Positions 8,917 through 17,437 of a DNA stretch of 64,000 nucleotides are shown here, piece after piece (position 1 is the stretch's first letter; each line of letters opens with the position of its first letter). A model generated the notes under the pieces. It ran no database searches. It worked only from the letters and a program-made list of their open reading frames with translations, and was not told the DNA's origin. Where the stretch lies: NCBI GenBank assembly GCA_937146725.1, contig CAKZRU010000110.1, positions 13,737-77,736 on the forward strand, read 5' to 3'. A program made the translations under genes and the position numbers. Origin of the DNA: an uncultured Myxococcales bacterium. Its GTDB lineage: Bacteria > Myxococcota_A > Bradymonadia > UBA7976 > VGTA01.

Positions 8917-10809
8917 ATGGTGTCTACACTTTCAACTCAGTCTAAGATTGCCTTGAGCGTTCACATTTGTGATTTACGTCCCGGTACTAGCTCTTGGGGA
9001 GCGACTGTTGCTGTTGAAGGGCCTGTTATGGCGCAAGGCTTAGTGTTGGCCATTTTTTATGAGGGTCGTAGACTCAAGGTTGGTCAACTTGATGAGTGGG
9101 GCTATTGGATGGTTGAGCTTGAGGATTTGCCAGCGCCTTTTAACATGGTTGCCAATACACACTTTGAAGTCCGTTCTAAAGAGCCGCCAGCCTCTTATTT
9201 ATCACCTCAGTTTCATCCACCTTTGGTTCGAGCTGCCTTGCAGGGGTTTTTAGAAAGAACCAGAGAATGGCCCAAGCATTTACCTTTAAGAGGGGCCCAA
9301 CTCAAAGGTGCTCAATTAGGACAAGCGAACTTGCAAGGTGTAGACTTTACCGGGGCAAACTTAAGCGAGGTTAAGTTTAGAGGAGCCAATCTACAAGGGG
9401 CTATTTTTAAGGATGCCCAACTTGATCAGACCGATTTTAGCTCAGCAAACTTAGCTTATGCTGACCTACAGGGCGCTTCTCTAAAGAATGTTGACTGGAC
9501 TGATGTTAATCTGAAAGGCGCTGATTTAAGAAATGCAGCATCCATGTCCTTGGACGAGATGCAAAATTGGCTAGATTTAGCCACTTTAGATGATACGCAG
9601 ATTGCTAGAATTAGACTCAGTACTCTTGCTAAGAAGCAAGAGGAAACAACTCAATATGGTGGGCATTATCGTTCTTCTAACTCTATAAACCTTAAAGCAA
9701 ATGCTACGAGTCTAGCACCGGTAAGTGAAGATATAAAAGGAACTAGCACAAGTGAAAGAACAAGTGTGAGTACTAGCTATACTTCAACAAGTTATGGCTC
9801 TAGTTTGCAAGAGCCGACGATAAACAATAAAAAAGCAAGCTCAGCTCAAGAGTATGACCTTGATGAAAGTAAGTATTATAGTTTTGGTAAGCAACCAAGC
9901 AAAGCCGAGCCGATTGAAGAAGAGGAAGAAGAAGCACCAGCATGGCTTCCTCAATTACCACCCGTGAAAACGCTTACCGATGCAGAGGTTGAGCAACGCT
10001 TTCAGCTCGAACGTAAAATGTATCTCACCAAGATTGCTAAATATCAGCAAAAGAGAAGCTTGCGCGGTGGGGTTGAGTTTAGCTTAAATATGGTTCCCAA
10101 CGGTACTTTTGAAATGGGAAGTGATCAAGATGAAGATAACGAAAGGCCACGCCACAAAGTGACTTTATCTTATCCCTTACTGGTTGGAGAGACCTTGGTC
10201 ACTCAAGAGTTCTTTGATCGGGTTATGTTGCATAGTCAATTCAAGTTTGTAGGAGCAAAACACCCGGCAGATTCTGTCAGTTGGTCGGAAGCAATTGATT
10301 TTTGTAATCGCTTATCCCAATTAGAAGGATTAAAACCGGCTTATGAATTGACAGCTAAAGGGATTAATTGGCTAAAAGAATCAAATGGTTATCGACTTCC
10401 AACCGAAGCTGAATGGGAATATGTTGCTCGCGCAGGGGTCGATAGTCTGTATTCAGGAAGTAATGACTTAGATCAATGTGCTTGGTATCAAGATAATTCT
10501 AAAGAAAGTAGCCATGAAGTCGCCCAAAAACGAGAAAATGCATGGGGCCTTTATGATATGTCCGGTAATCTTTGGGAGTGGTGCTATGATACCTACCAAG
10601 AAGATAGTTATCATGGTCGAGGTACAGACTCTGTAGTTGATCCGGTCGTTGAGGGAGATGGCCCCAAAGTGATTAGAGGTGGGAGTTGGAGTTTTGAAGC
10701 CAAAGGCCAAAGAATAAAATATCGCTCAAGATTATCGGCCAAGTTTAAAACATCTCGGGTTGGCTTTAGGATCGTTCGTTCTCCGAAGCTGAAGATGCGG
10801 GGTGGCTAA
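8917..10809 (+). CDS. Pentapeptide-repeat protein fused to a C-terminal FGE-sulfatase (SUMF1-like) domain
   Basis: Residues ~125-205 are A(D/N)LxG pentapeptide repeats (GAQLKGAQLGQANLQGVDFTGANLSEVKFRGANLQG...). The C-terminus has RLPTEAEWEYVARAG, WGLYDMSGNLWEWCYD, VIRGGSW and GFRIV. No signal peptide is visible. Confidence 0.7.
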   Translation: MVSTLSTQSKIALSVHICDLRPGTSSWGATVAVEGPVMAQGLVLAIFYEGRRLKVGQLDEWGYWMVELEDLPAPFNMVANTHFEVRSKEPPASYLSPQFHPPLVRAALQGFLERTREWPKHLPLRGAQLKGAQLGQANLQGVDFTGANLSEVKFRGANLQGAIFKDAQLDQTDFSSANLAYADLQGASLKNVDWTDVNLKGADLRNAASMSLDEMQNWLDLATLDDTQIARIRLSTLAKKQEETTQYGGHYRSSNSINLKANATSLAPVSEDIKGTSTSERTSVSTSYTSTSYGSSLQEPTINNKKASSAQEYDLDESKYYSFGKQPSKAEPIEEEEEEAPAWLPQLPPVKTLTDAEVEQRFQLERKMYLTKIAKYQQKRSLRGGVEFSLNMVPNGTFEMGSDQDEDNERPRHKVTLSYPLLVGETLVTQEFFDRVMLHSQFKFVGAKHPADSVSWSEAIDFCNRLSQLEGLKPAYELTAKGINWLKESNGYRLPTEAEWEYVARAGVDSLYSGSNDLDQCAWYQDNSKESSHEVAQKRENAWGLYDMSGNLWEWCYDTYQEDSYHGRGTDSVVDPVVEGDGPKVIRGGSWSFEAKGQRIKYRSRLSAKFKTSRVGFRIVRSPKLKMRGG

Positions 10810-13800
10810 CCACAACTTGTGGAAATGGAATTTCAATATTCTGCTCGGCAAAAACTTCCATAACCCGCTTTCGATAATGACGAGCCACGCGCCATTTTTC
10901 CTTGGGCGCAGTACGTAAGTGTACTCTATACACTACTGCGCTATCATCAAAGCGCTCCAAACCAAGAACTTCCCAGCCCAATACATCTTCACCAATGATT
11001 GGATCACTTTCAACTTCCATACACAGCTTTCTTAAGCAATCAATCACCTGCTTAGGTGGATTGTTGTATGAGGCACCGATTTCAAGATGCGCTTGTGACC
11101 ATTCCTTATTATGATTGGAAACTAGTTGGACTTGACCATTAGGAATAAAGTGAATCACACCATGAGAGTCTCGGATGACTGTAAGGCGTAAAGTAATCTT
11201 GTCAATCCACCCAAAAATACCATTAATGGTCACAAAGTCACCCTTATTATATTGATTTTCAAAAAGAATAAAAACACCCGCAAAAAAGTCTTTCACTAAT
11301 TCTTGAGCACCAAAAGCAAAGGCTAAACCGATAATACCCGCAGAAGCAATAATCGGTGTGACATCAACCTGTAAGGTTTTCAGCATTGCGCCGGTCGCTA
11401 TTGTATAAATCAACACCTTGGAGGTTGTTTTCATAACTTGTAAAAGTGTGGTGAGACGGTCCTCGCGCTCAGCTCGCTTTTGACGCGTTAAGATTTCTCC
11501 TTCTCGTTCCAAGCGCTCTAAATCTTTGGCTGACATCGCTTTTACGCGGCGTTCAATACTATTGATTGCTCTGAGTGATAAAAGTGTAATCAAAGGAATT
11601 AATAAAAAGGATAATAATGAGCGAATAAGTACTGTGAGCTTGGCATGAATTCGTTCTTGATGTAGGCGATCAATTTCACCAACTTGTGGGGCATCTTGCT
11701 TTAAATCGGCTCCTCGAGCTCTTTTGCCAAGCAGTCGGAGTAAGGGACGGGTTAGCTCATCCCTTTCGGTTTCAAGTTGAGAGATCGCATCATTCACTTC
11801 TCCTGAAATCACCTCTAAAGTACCTTGGGGCCCTAATTTTTGCTCAAGTTCGTTTAGAGCAGATTGATAAGCGTTATGCATCGCCCAGATTTGCTCCAAA
11901 GTGCCTAAAGCTTGTTCTCTCTCTTCTTTTTTTTCTAAGGGATTAAGTGCTAAATAATCCAAATACATAGAATTACTTTGGTTTTGCTGGGTGATTTGAG
12001 CGAGAGCTTTTTGACGGTCAACTTGCATCAGTAATTCAAGTCTACGACTTTCCAAAAGTTGTTCCAAAGCTTTAGAAACGATTTCCAATTGGCTTTGATA
12101 AGTTTCTAACAAAGGTCTTTGCATTTTCACTAATTCAGCAAGGTTTTGGGTAAGCTTGATTCTTGCTTCAAGATGACTTTGGGCCATTTCGGTCTTGAGA
12201 AGCTCAATATAATGATCTTTGAGAAGATCTTCTATATCGACCACTTGATCATCATTAAAAGAAGACCAAATAAAATCATACCACGGGTAATCACTATCCA
12301 TTCTTAATTTGAGTCGATGAGCAAATTGGCGCTCAACTAGACTCTGTTTTGTTTCTCCACTTGTGATCTTCTTTGAGTCAGTGTTTACAGCATTCGAAAA
12401 AATTGAGTTTTGCTCTTGGTTTGCCTCAGAAATCATTTTGATTTGCCGGCTTGATAAATCTAAAATATTATTAAGTAAATCTCGCCAAGACTCCAAAGGA
12501 GTAAGAAGTGATTTATATTGTGGCTGTTGGTCTAACTTATATTTGTCATAAGCAAGTTTCTTTTGGATTTCTTCTAAACCTTCTGCTCGAAGCTGCTCTA
12601 CCCATTCACGCTGTCCATAATTTTCAATTTCTTCGGTCATCGCTTCGTTAGGGAGTTCACTTTCAAGCACTCTTTGTCTAATCACCGATGCTGTCCTTCT
12701 GACCTGTCGTGCATATTCAATTCGCTTAGCTAACTCCCCTTGTAAGTTTTCAATGAAACCTTTTCGCTTAGAAAAAAGCTCTTTGAGCTGAGTTGCCTTG
12801 AAGAGCATTTGCCGATAATGCGTAATTCTGGGAGGCAAGCGATCTCGAAACAGTTTTGCCAAGTATTGAACACGTTCTAACTTACTTTCTTGGCTTTGAG
12901 TGTTATCGGTACTGATCTCAGCCGGATTTACAAATTGAGTAGGTTCAGAGTTAGGCGGAGAGTTTTTGTGATCTGACTCTCTTATATTTCCAGTAGACTG
13001 AGGTCCTGTTTGTACATTTGTACCCAATAACTTTTGATCAGAGTCTTCTTTATAATCTGGATCAAGTTTATTGATCGAAGTGATTACATCTTGAGCATAT
13101 GTTTCAAAAAGTTCAGCCTCACTTTTATATTGCCTTAATAATGGATCACTCATGAGCTCGAGTTCTGTCCATACCTTGTTGAACTCTAACTCTGATGCTT
13201 TAATTTGCTTTTTCAAGAGTTTAACTTGCTTTTTTTGGTCGGTATATACCGCCAATGCTTCATTATGCTTTGCAAGTAAAGCAGGACCATCTAAGATCTC
13301 AATTTCCTTGATAAAAGCCAGCCAAGTCTGTTCCAATTCTAGACGGTGAGTCAATCCACCTTCACCATTCAGTTCAGCATCCAAACGAGAAATCGCTTTT
13401 TGGTCATCCTCTAAATTACTTTGCCAAGAGTTAGATCGTTCGCTGAGCTGTTCTGTGTGTTCTTCCCAATGATCGATCAAACTTAAGATTTCTTTGATAA
13501 TGATCTCTGAAGAACGTTCTAAACTATGTTGAATAATACTTTCAGTAGATAAGTGACTTACATCAAGTGGCTTCGCTCTCATAATGAGAACTTGTGTGAC
13601 ATCATCCTCAATGAATAGATCCCAGCTTAACCGCAAACTCTTACTATAGTCTTCTACACTTTTTTGTAAGAGTTTTGCCTGCTCTAAAGCTGTGCTCAAT
13701 TGTTCAGCTCGTTGCTGGTGAAAAGTTAAAAAGTTTTGCGCTGTTTCATGTGCATGTTTCGCTTGAATATAACTACTATTACTTTGGGGGGTAGCAATTT

Positions 13801-15148
13801 TGGGAGGCGTTTTAGTTTTTAGAGACTCAACATGTTGTTGATTAAAACGTTCGAGCTTTTCTTTCAGTTCTAAATGAAGATCTTGTAGGCTCTTCCACTT
13901 GTTTTTTAAAGCATTCTGCTTACTTGTAGATTGACTTAGCAAGCTTTCAATGGAAATACTTTCATACTTATGTTCTAGTTGGTTTCGTGATGTCCAATAG
14001 GCCATCCATAATTTCACGCGACGCAGTTGAGACTCATTTTTCGCCTTTAGTTGAGGTAAGGATCTTAAGAGTTTAGCACTATCAAAGGTTAAGCGTTCTA
14101 AACTCTCAATACACTTTTTTAGGCGTTCTGCTCGGCTAGAAAGAGCCTTATAGAAAATCTGTAAAGCCCCAAATGCGCTTTCAAGCTCAAAAGTTTTATC
14201 CTTAAGCTCTTGATAATAGTCAGCTAAAAGTTCTTCCTCTAATTCTTGATCAAAGCTTTTGCCGATCAACAGTTCAGCTTCATCTTGACTCTTATCTTTA
14301 TTTTCAGTTTCAGCTTTCGTAAGCACTTGCTGAGTATCTTGTTTAGGGAACTCCGCCTCACCTTTAGGAGTGTCTACCGAGTCAGCTTCTTCAGCTTGCT
14401 CTAATTTTTCGTCCAATTTACCTAGTTCTAAATTGAGTGCTTTAAGTTCTTCACCCAGCTTTGAGATTAAAGGCTCTAATTTTGTTTTTAAATTTTGATC
14501 AGCATGCCAAAGGTCATTGAGTGGACTTAGTCTATTTTTTAGAATCTGCTCTTGCTCTCTCCACTCTCTATCTTTGGCTAAATGAGTACTTTGTAATTCT
14601 AGGCGAGTAAGTAAACTCAGTAGCTTTTCCTTGTAAGTGACTTCATTGCTATCTACATCTTGCCCATGCTCTAATCCTAATAAATGATTTGATAAACTGA
14701 GTTTGAGTTCTTCTAATGCCTTTAGATTGGCAAATAGATCTTGTGTACGTTTCCAAGACAAGAACTGCTTGAGAAGCTCATCCATGCTAGATTCATTAAC
14801 ATAGGCACCGAGACGTCCAAAAAAATCGGGCCAAAACTCAATAAAATACTTACTCTCAATTAGGTTTACTCTCTCATGTTGTGGATAGAGGGTAATGACA
14901 AGACCTTGTTCAGAATCGAGAACTGCTGCTTTGGCAGAAGCTTCGCTCTCTGCTAAGGTATTCACAGTATTTATTGTCTTTGAACTCTGGGAGTTGCCTT
15001 GATTCGCTTGAGTCAAGGGGATATCTGTTGGAGTTACGCTATTACTGTCGTCAGCAAAGCTATAGTTTTCGCTTAGAACAGCGAAACTCAGCAGAGCAAT
15101 AATAAGATTTATTGTTAATAACTTATAGGAAGAAAAGTAGCTACTCAT
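10766..15148 (-). CDS. Mechanosensitive channel, MscS family with a giant MscK/KefA-like N-terminal coiled-coil region (1460 aa)
   Basis: It has a signal-like N-terminus and ~1100 aa rich in E/K/L/Q. C-terminal TM helices are followed by GDFVTINGIFGWIDKITLRLTVIRDSHGVIHFIPNG, an MscS beta-domain signature. Confidence 0.8.
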   Translation of the reverse strand: MSSYFSSYKLLTINLIIALLSFAVLSENYSFADDSNSVTPTDIPLTQANQGNSQSSKTINTVNTLAESEASAKAAVLDSEQGLVITLYPQHERVNLIESKYFIEFWPDFFGRLGAYVNESSMDELLKQFLSWKRTQDLFANLKALEELKLSLSNHLLGLEHGQDVDSNEVTYKEKLLSLLTRLELQSTHLAKDREWREQEQILKNRLSPLNDLWHADQNLKTKLEPLISKLGEELKALNLELGKLDEKLEQAEEADSVDTPKGEAEFPKQDTQQVLTKAETENKDKSQDEAELLIGKSFDQELEEELLADYYQELKDKTFELESAFGALQIFYKALSSRAERLKKCIESLERLTFDSAKLLRSLPQLKAKNESQLRRVKLWMAYWTSRNQLEHKYESISIESLLSQSTSKQNALKNKWKSLQDLHLELKEKLERFNQQHVESLKTKTPPKIATPQSNSSYIQAKHAHETAQNFLTFHQQRAEQLSTALEQAKLLQKSVEDYSKSLRLSWDLFIEDDVTQVLIMRAKPLDVSHLSTESIIQHSLERSSEIIIKEILSLIDHWEEHTEQLSERSNSWQSNLEDDQKAISRLDAELNGEGGLTHRLELEQTWLAFIKEIEILDGPALLAKHNEALAVYTDQKKQVKLLKKQIKASELEFNKVWTELELMSDPLLRQYKSEAELFETYAQDVITSINKLDPDYKEDSDQKLLGTNVQTGPQSTGNIRESDHKNSPPNSEPTQFVNPAEISTDNTQSQESKLERVQYLAKLFRDRLPPRITHYRQMLFKATQLKELFSKRKGFIENLQGELAKRIEYARQVRRTASVIRQRVLESELPNEAMTEEIENYGQREWVEQLRAEGLEEIQKKLAYDKYKLDQQPQYKSLLTPLESWRDLLNNILDLSSRQIKMISEANQEQNSIFSNAVNTDSKKITSGETKQSLVERQFAHRLKLRMDSDYPWYDFIWSSFNDDQVVDIEDLLKDHYIELLKTEMAQSHLEARIKLTQNLAELVKMQRPLLETYQSQLEIVSKALEQLLESRRLELLMQVDRQKALAQITQQNQSNSMYLDYLALNPLEKKEEREQALGTLEQIWAMHNAYQSALNELEQKLGPQGTLEVISGEVNDAISQLETERDELTRPLLRLLGKRARGADLKQDAPQVGEIDRLHQERIHAKLTVLIRSLLSFLLIPLITLLSLRAINSIERRVKAMSAKDLERLEREGEILTRQKRAEREDRLTTLLQVMKTTSKVLIYTIATGAMLKTLQVDVTPIIASAGIIGLAFAFGAQELVKDFFAGVFILFENQYNKGDFVTINGIFGWIDKITLRLTVIRDSHGVIHFIPNGQVQLVSNHNKEWSQAHLEIGASYNNPPKQVIDCLRKLCMEVESDPIIGEDVLGWEVLGLERFDDSAVVYRVHLRTAPKEKWRVARHYRKRVMEVFAEQNIEIPFPQVVVSHPASSASENERS

Positions 15149-15232
15149 CGTTTTGATCGCCTATATTACACTGACTAAAGATATGTAATGATTGATTAGT
15201 TTTACTTAGACCAATTTCAAATTAGATTATTT

Positions 15233-15280
15233 AACTTGGACCCTTTTTAACTTGGACCCTTTTCAACTTGGACCCTTTTA
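15233..15280. repeat. Three tandem 16-bp direct repeats AACTTGGACCCTTTT(n) in a divergent promoter region
   Basis: Read directly; copies start at 15233, 15249 and 15265. The array lies between the channel gene start (15148, minus) and the kinase-like gene start (15387/15399, plus). Confidence 0.9.
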
Positions 15281-15386
15281 AGATGACATCAAGTCACATA
15301 ATCTGTTTAAATTGGTTCAAAGTAATACTCATCCATTCCCATTCAAGTACTTTGAAGATTCTAGTATTTAATCTAGTATTCAGATC

Positions 15387-16436
15387 ATGGAGGCATTAAT
15401 GACTGTAAATCAGCAGATAATACAACAAGAAATCATGAGTCAGTATGAAATAATACCCGTTGTAAACATTGAAACCATTTCGATAGGCCTCATTCATCAA
15501 TCTTTTTGTTTATCTACCGAAAATGGGGATAGGTATATTTTACAGGGCTTGCATCATCTTTTAAGCACTGATGAAATCTTGGCCGACTATGAAGCTGTGA
15601 CAAATCATTTACACAGTCAGCACTATGGTGGACCCAGACTGATTAAAACCAAAAAACAGAACCGAGTCGCAGAAGCACAGGGATTGAGATGGAGATTGAG
15701 TACCTTTGTGCCAGGAACAACTTACACGTCGGTAGAGTCAAGTGATCAAGCATATATAGGTGGACAGGCTTTAGCCAAGTTCCATACGGTGATGAGTACA
15801 ATTGATTATCAATTTAAATCCAAGCATCTTGGACATAATACTTCGGCTCACCTACAAAACTTACTTAGGGTCAGCCAGCAAAAAGAATATGCTTCAGAGT
15901 GGGCAAAAATTTCAGATCTTGGCGAGAACATCCTTAGCTCTCTTGAAGAAAACTTACTGCCTACCGAACTTAAGCAAATCGTGGTTCATGGTGATCCCAA
16001 AATTAGTAATCTTCGCTTTCAGGACTCATCTGCGATTATGATCGATTTAGATACCTGTAGTCGACATACTCGTTTGGTAGATTTGGGTGATGCGGTAAGG
16101 TCTTGGTGCCAAGAACCAAGCTCAGAGCAAGAACCAAGCTTTTCTTTTGAGCGTTGGCAGGCTCTTGTGAAAGGATATATGAGTCATTCTGGCTCTTTAA
16201 GTGCCTTGGAACTTGAATGCTTACCACGTGCTGGCTATGTCATTACCTTAGAGCTTGCTTCACGCTTTGCAAAAGATTATCTCGAAGACCACTATTTTGC
16301 ATATGATGCACAACTCTATCCTAATCGAAAAGCTCATAATCAAGCGCGCCTCCAAGCAATGTGGTCTCTTGCTCAAGATATGAAAGCTCATTTTGGTCGT
16401 ATGGATGATTATATTTCCACATTAATGAGTCATTAA
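15387..16436 (+). CDS. Phosphotransferase (APH / homoserine-kinase-II-like kinase fold)
   Basis: VVHGDPKISNLRF...IDLDT matches the HGD..xxN and D-x-D motifs of the APH family. The likely true start is ATG 15399, preceded by GGAGG at 15389-15393. Confidence 0.65.
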   Translation: MEALMTVNQQIIQQEIMSQYEIIPVVNIETISIGLIHQSFCLSTENGDRYILQGLHHLLSTDEILADYEAVTNHLHSQHYGGPRLIKTKKQNRVAEAQGLRWRLSTFVPGTTYTSVESSDQAYIGGQALAKFHTVMSTIDYQFKSKHLGHNTSAHLQNLLRVSQQKEYASEWAKISDLGENILSSLEENLLPTELKQIVVHGDPKISNLRFQDSSAIMIDLDTCSRHTRLVDLGDAVRSWCQEPSSEQEPSFSFERWQALVKGYMSHSGSLSALELECLPRAGYVITLELASRFAKDYLEDHYFAYDAQLYPNRKAHNQARLQAMWSLAQDMKAHFGRMDDYISTLMSH

Positions 16437-16560
16437 TTACAAAACGAAAACAAGCTCACTAAAGTCCCTAGGTGTTCGGTTTATAAAGTGATTCTTTTGA
16501 TCTCTTTCAGAGAACTCAGCATTCAAGATTAATTCTGAGATAAATAATCAAAAATTGAGC

Positions 16561-16590
16561 TTGACAAGCTTTCTAGGATCTCCTAATAAT
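16561..16590 (+). promoter_or_regulatory. Sigma-70-like promoter for tRNA-Phe
   Basis: TTGACA at 16561-16566 and AATAAT at 16585-16590, with an 18-nt spacer. The mature tRNA 5' end is 10 nt downstream. Confidence 0.5.
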
Positions 16591-16599
16591 CCATCAAAC

Positions 16600-16672
16600 G
16601 CTCAGATAGCTCAGCTGGTAGAGCAAAGGACTGAAAATCCTTGGGTCGGCGGTTCAAGTCCGCCTCTGAGCA
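16600..16672 (+). tRNA. tRNA-Phe (anticodon GAA)
   Basis: Cloverleaf folded by hand. Acceptor GCTCAGA/TCTGAGC, D arm GCTC-AGCTGGTA-GAGC, anticodon arm AAGGA-CTGAAAA-TCCTT, T arm GGCGG-TTCAAGT-CCGCC, discriminator A. CCA is not encoded. Confidence 0.95.
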
Positions 16673-16680
16673 CTAAATTA

Positions 16681-16702
16681 AGCACCTTCGGGTGCTTTTT
16701 TT
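16681..16702 (+). terminator. Rho-independent terminator after tRNA-Phe
   Basis: AGCACC-TTCG-GGTGCT stem-loop followed by a T7 run. Confidence 0.8.
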
Positions 16703-16750
16703 ATTTGTGCCCTTTATTTCTGCCCTTTATTTCTGCTCTTTATCTTTGTC
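16699..16750. repeat. Four tandem 13-bp units (CTTTATTTCTGCC-like)
   Basis: Read directly as TTTTATTTGTGCC / CTTTATTTCTGCC / CTTTATTTCTGCT / CTTTATCTTTGTC. It lies between the tRNA terminator and the stop of the convergent ORF at 16754. Confidence 0.85.
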
Positions 16751-16753
16751 AAT

Positions 16754-17437
16754 TTAAGAGTTTGACAGTAGTGCTAGGGCTGATTCGATAGAGCTCAAGG
16801 CTGTTTTAATAGAACTTTTAGTTTCGGCAAAATGCTGATCAACACAGGCCGCCCAGGCTCGATTAATCTTGCGTTCGCCTTGTGAGAAACTTCCGAATAC
16901 TTCTACAAAGTGATTGATCCCTAACTTCATCTTAAGCTGTTCTCGAGATTCAACAAAGGGATCTATGGTATCAATTTGAAGCTTTTCTAAGGCTTGCTTA
17001 ACGACAGTGAGTTGCTTTGGATCATCTTGGGCCAGTAAAGCGTCCATCTCCCTAAGGGTTTTGATCATTAAAGCTAAGCTTTCATCGGCTTTAAGTGCTT
17101 GTGTTGAGTGATCGCTATGCTCACTAGGCTCACGGTTTAATTCGTCATGTTGTAACTTTCTAGCCCAAAATGATCCTAATAAAATAAGGCATAAGCCACT
17201 AGTAAATGGTAAAGCGGATAAAGACCACCAGGTTTTCACTCGTTCTACAGGCGCTTCTACTTCAATAGAGGGTAATTCACTTGCGACTAAGCGACTACTC
17301 TCTTGATTCTTTTTAACCTGTTCAATCGTGACTGCCTGTAAAGTTTTGGGAGTGAGCTGTGCACCAAAAGTAGCACAAACTCCGACACCAATTACGACTA
17401 AGAGATTTGCAATAAGTTTATTTTGTGTAGGTGACAT
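16754..17437 (-). CDS. Hypothetical membrane protein, translationally coupled to the OPT transporter
   Basis: It has two hydrophobic segments and no motif I recognise. Its start overlaps the OPT stop as TAATG at 17435-17439. Confidence 0.5.
   Translation of the reverse strand: MSPTQNKLIANLLVVIGVGVCATFGAQLTPKTLQAVTIEQVKKNQESSRLVASELPSIEVEAPVERVKTWWSLSALPFTSGLCLILLGSFWARKLQHDELNREPSEHSDHSTQALKADESLALMIKTLREMDALLAQDDPKQLTVVKQALEKLQIDTIDPFVESREQLKMKLGINHFVEVFGSFSQGERKINRAWAACVDQHFAETKSSIKTALSSIESALALLSNS

Noticed and set aside
8917-10809. Considered a diversity-generating retroelement (DGR) target, because FGE-sulfatase/CLec-fold proteins are common DGR variable proteins. The same question applies to 50783-52147.
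   Set aside because: No reverse transcriptase or Avd-like gene is in the window. I could spot no template-repeat copy of either 3' end. The C-termini lack the Asn/AAC-rich variable-region look.
10766-10809. Convergent CDS overlaps of exactly 44 nt occur twice (10766-10809 and 53569-53612), which might indicate a shared element.
   Set aside because: The two overlap sequences are unrelated when compared by eye. The overlaps involve non-conserved C-terminal tails. I judge this a coincidence.
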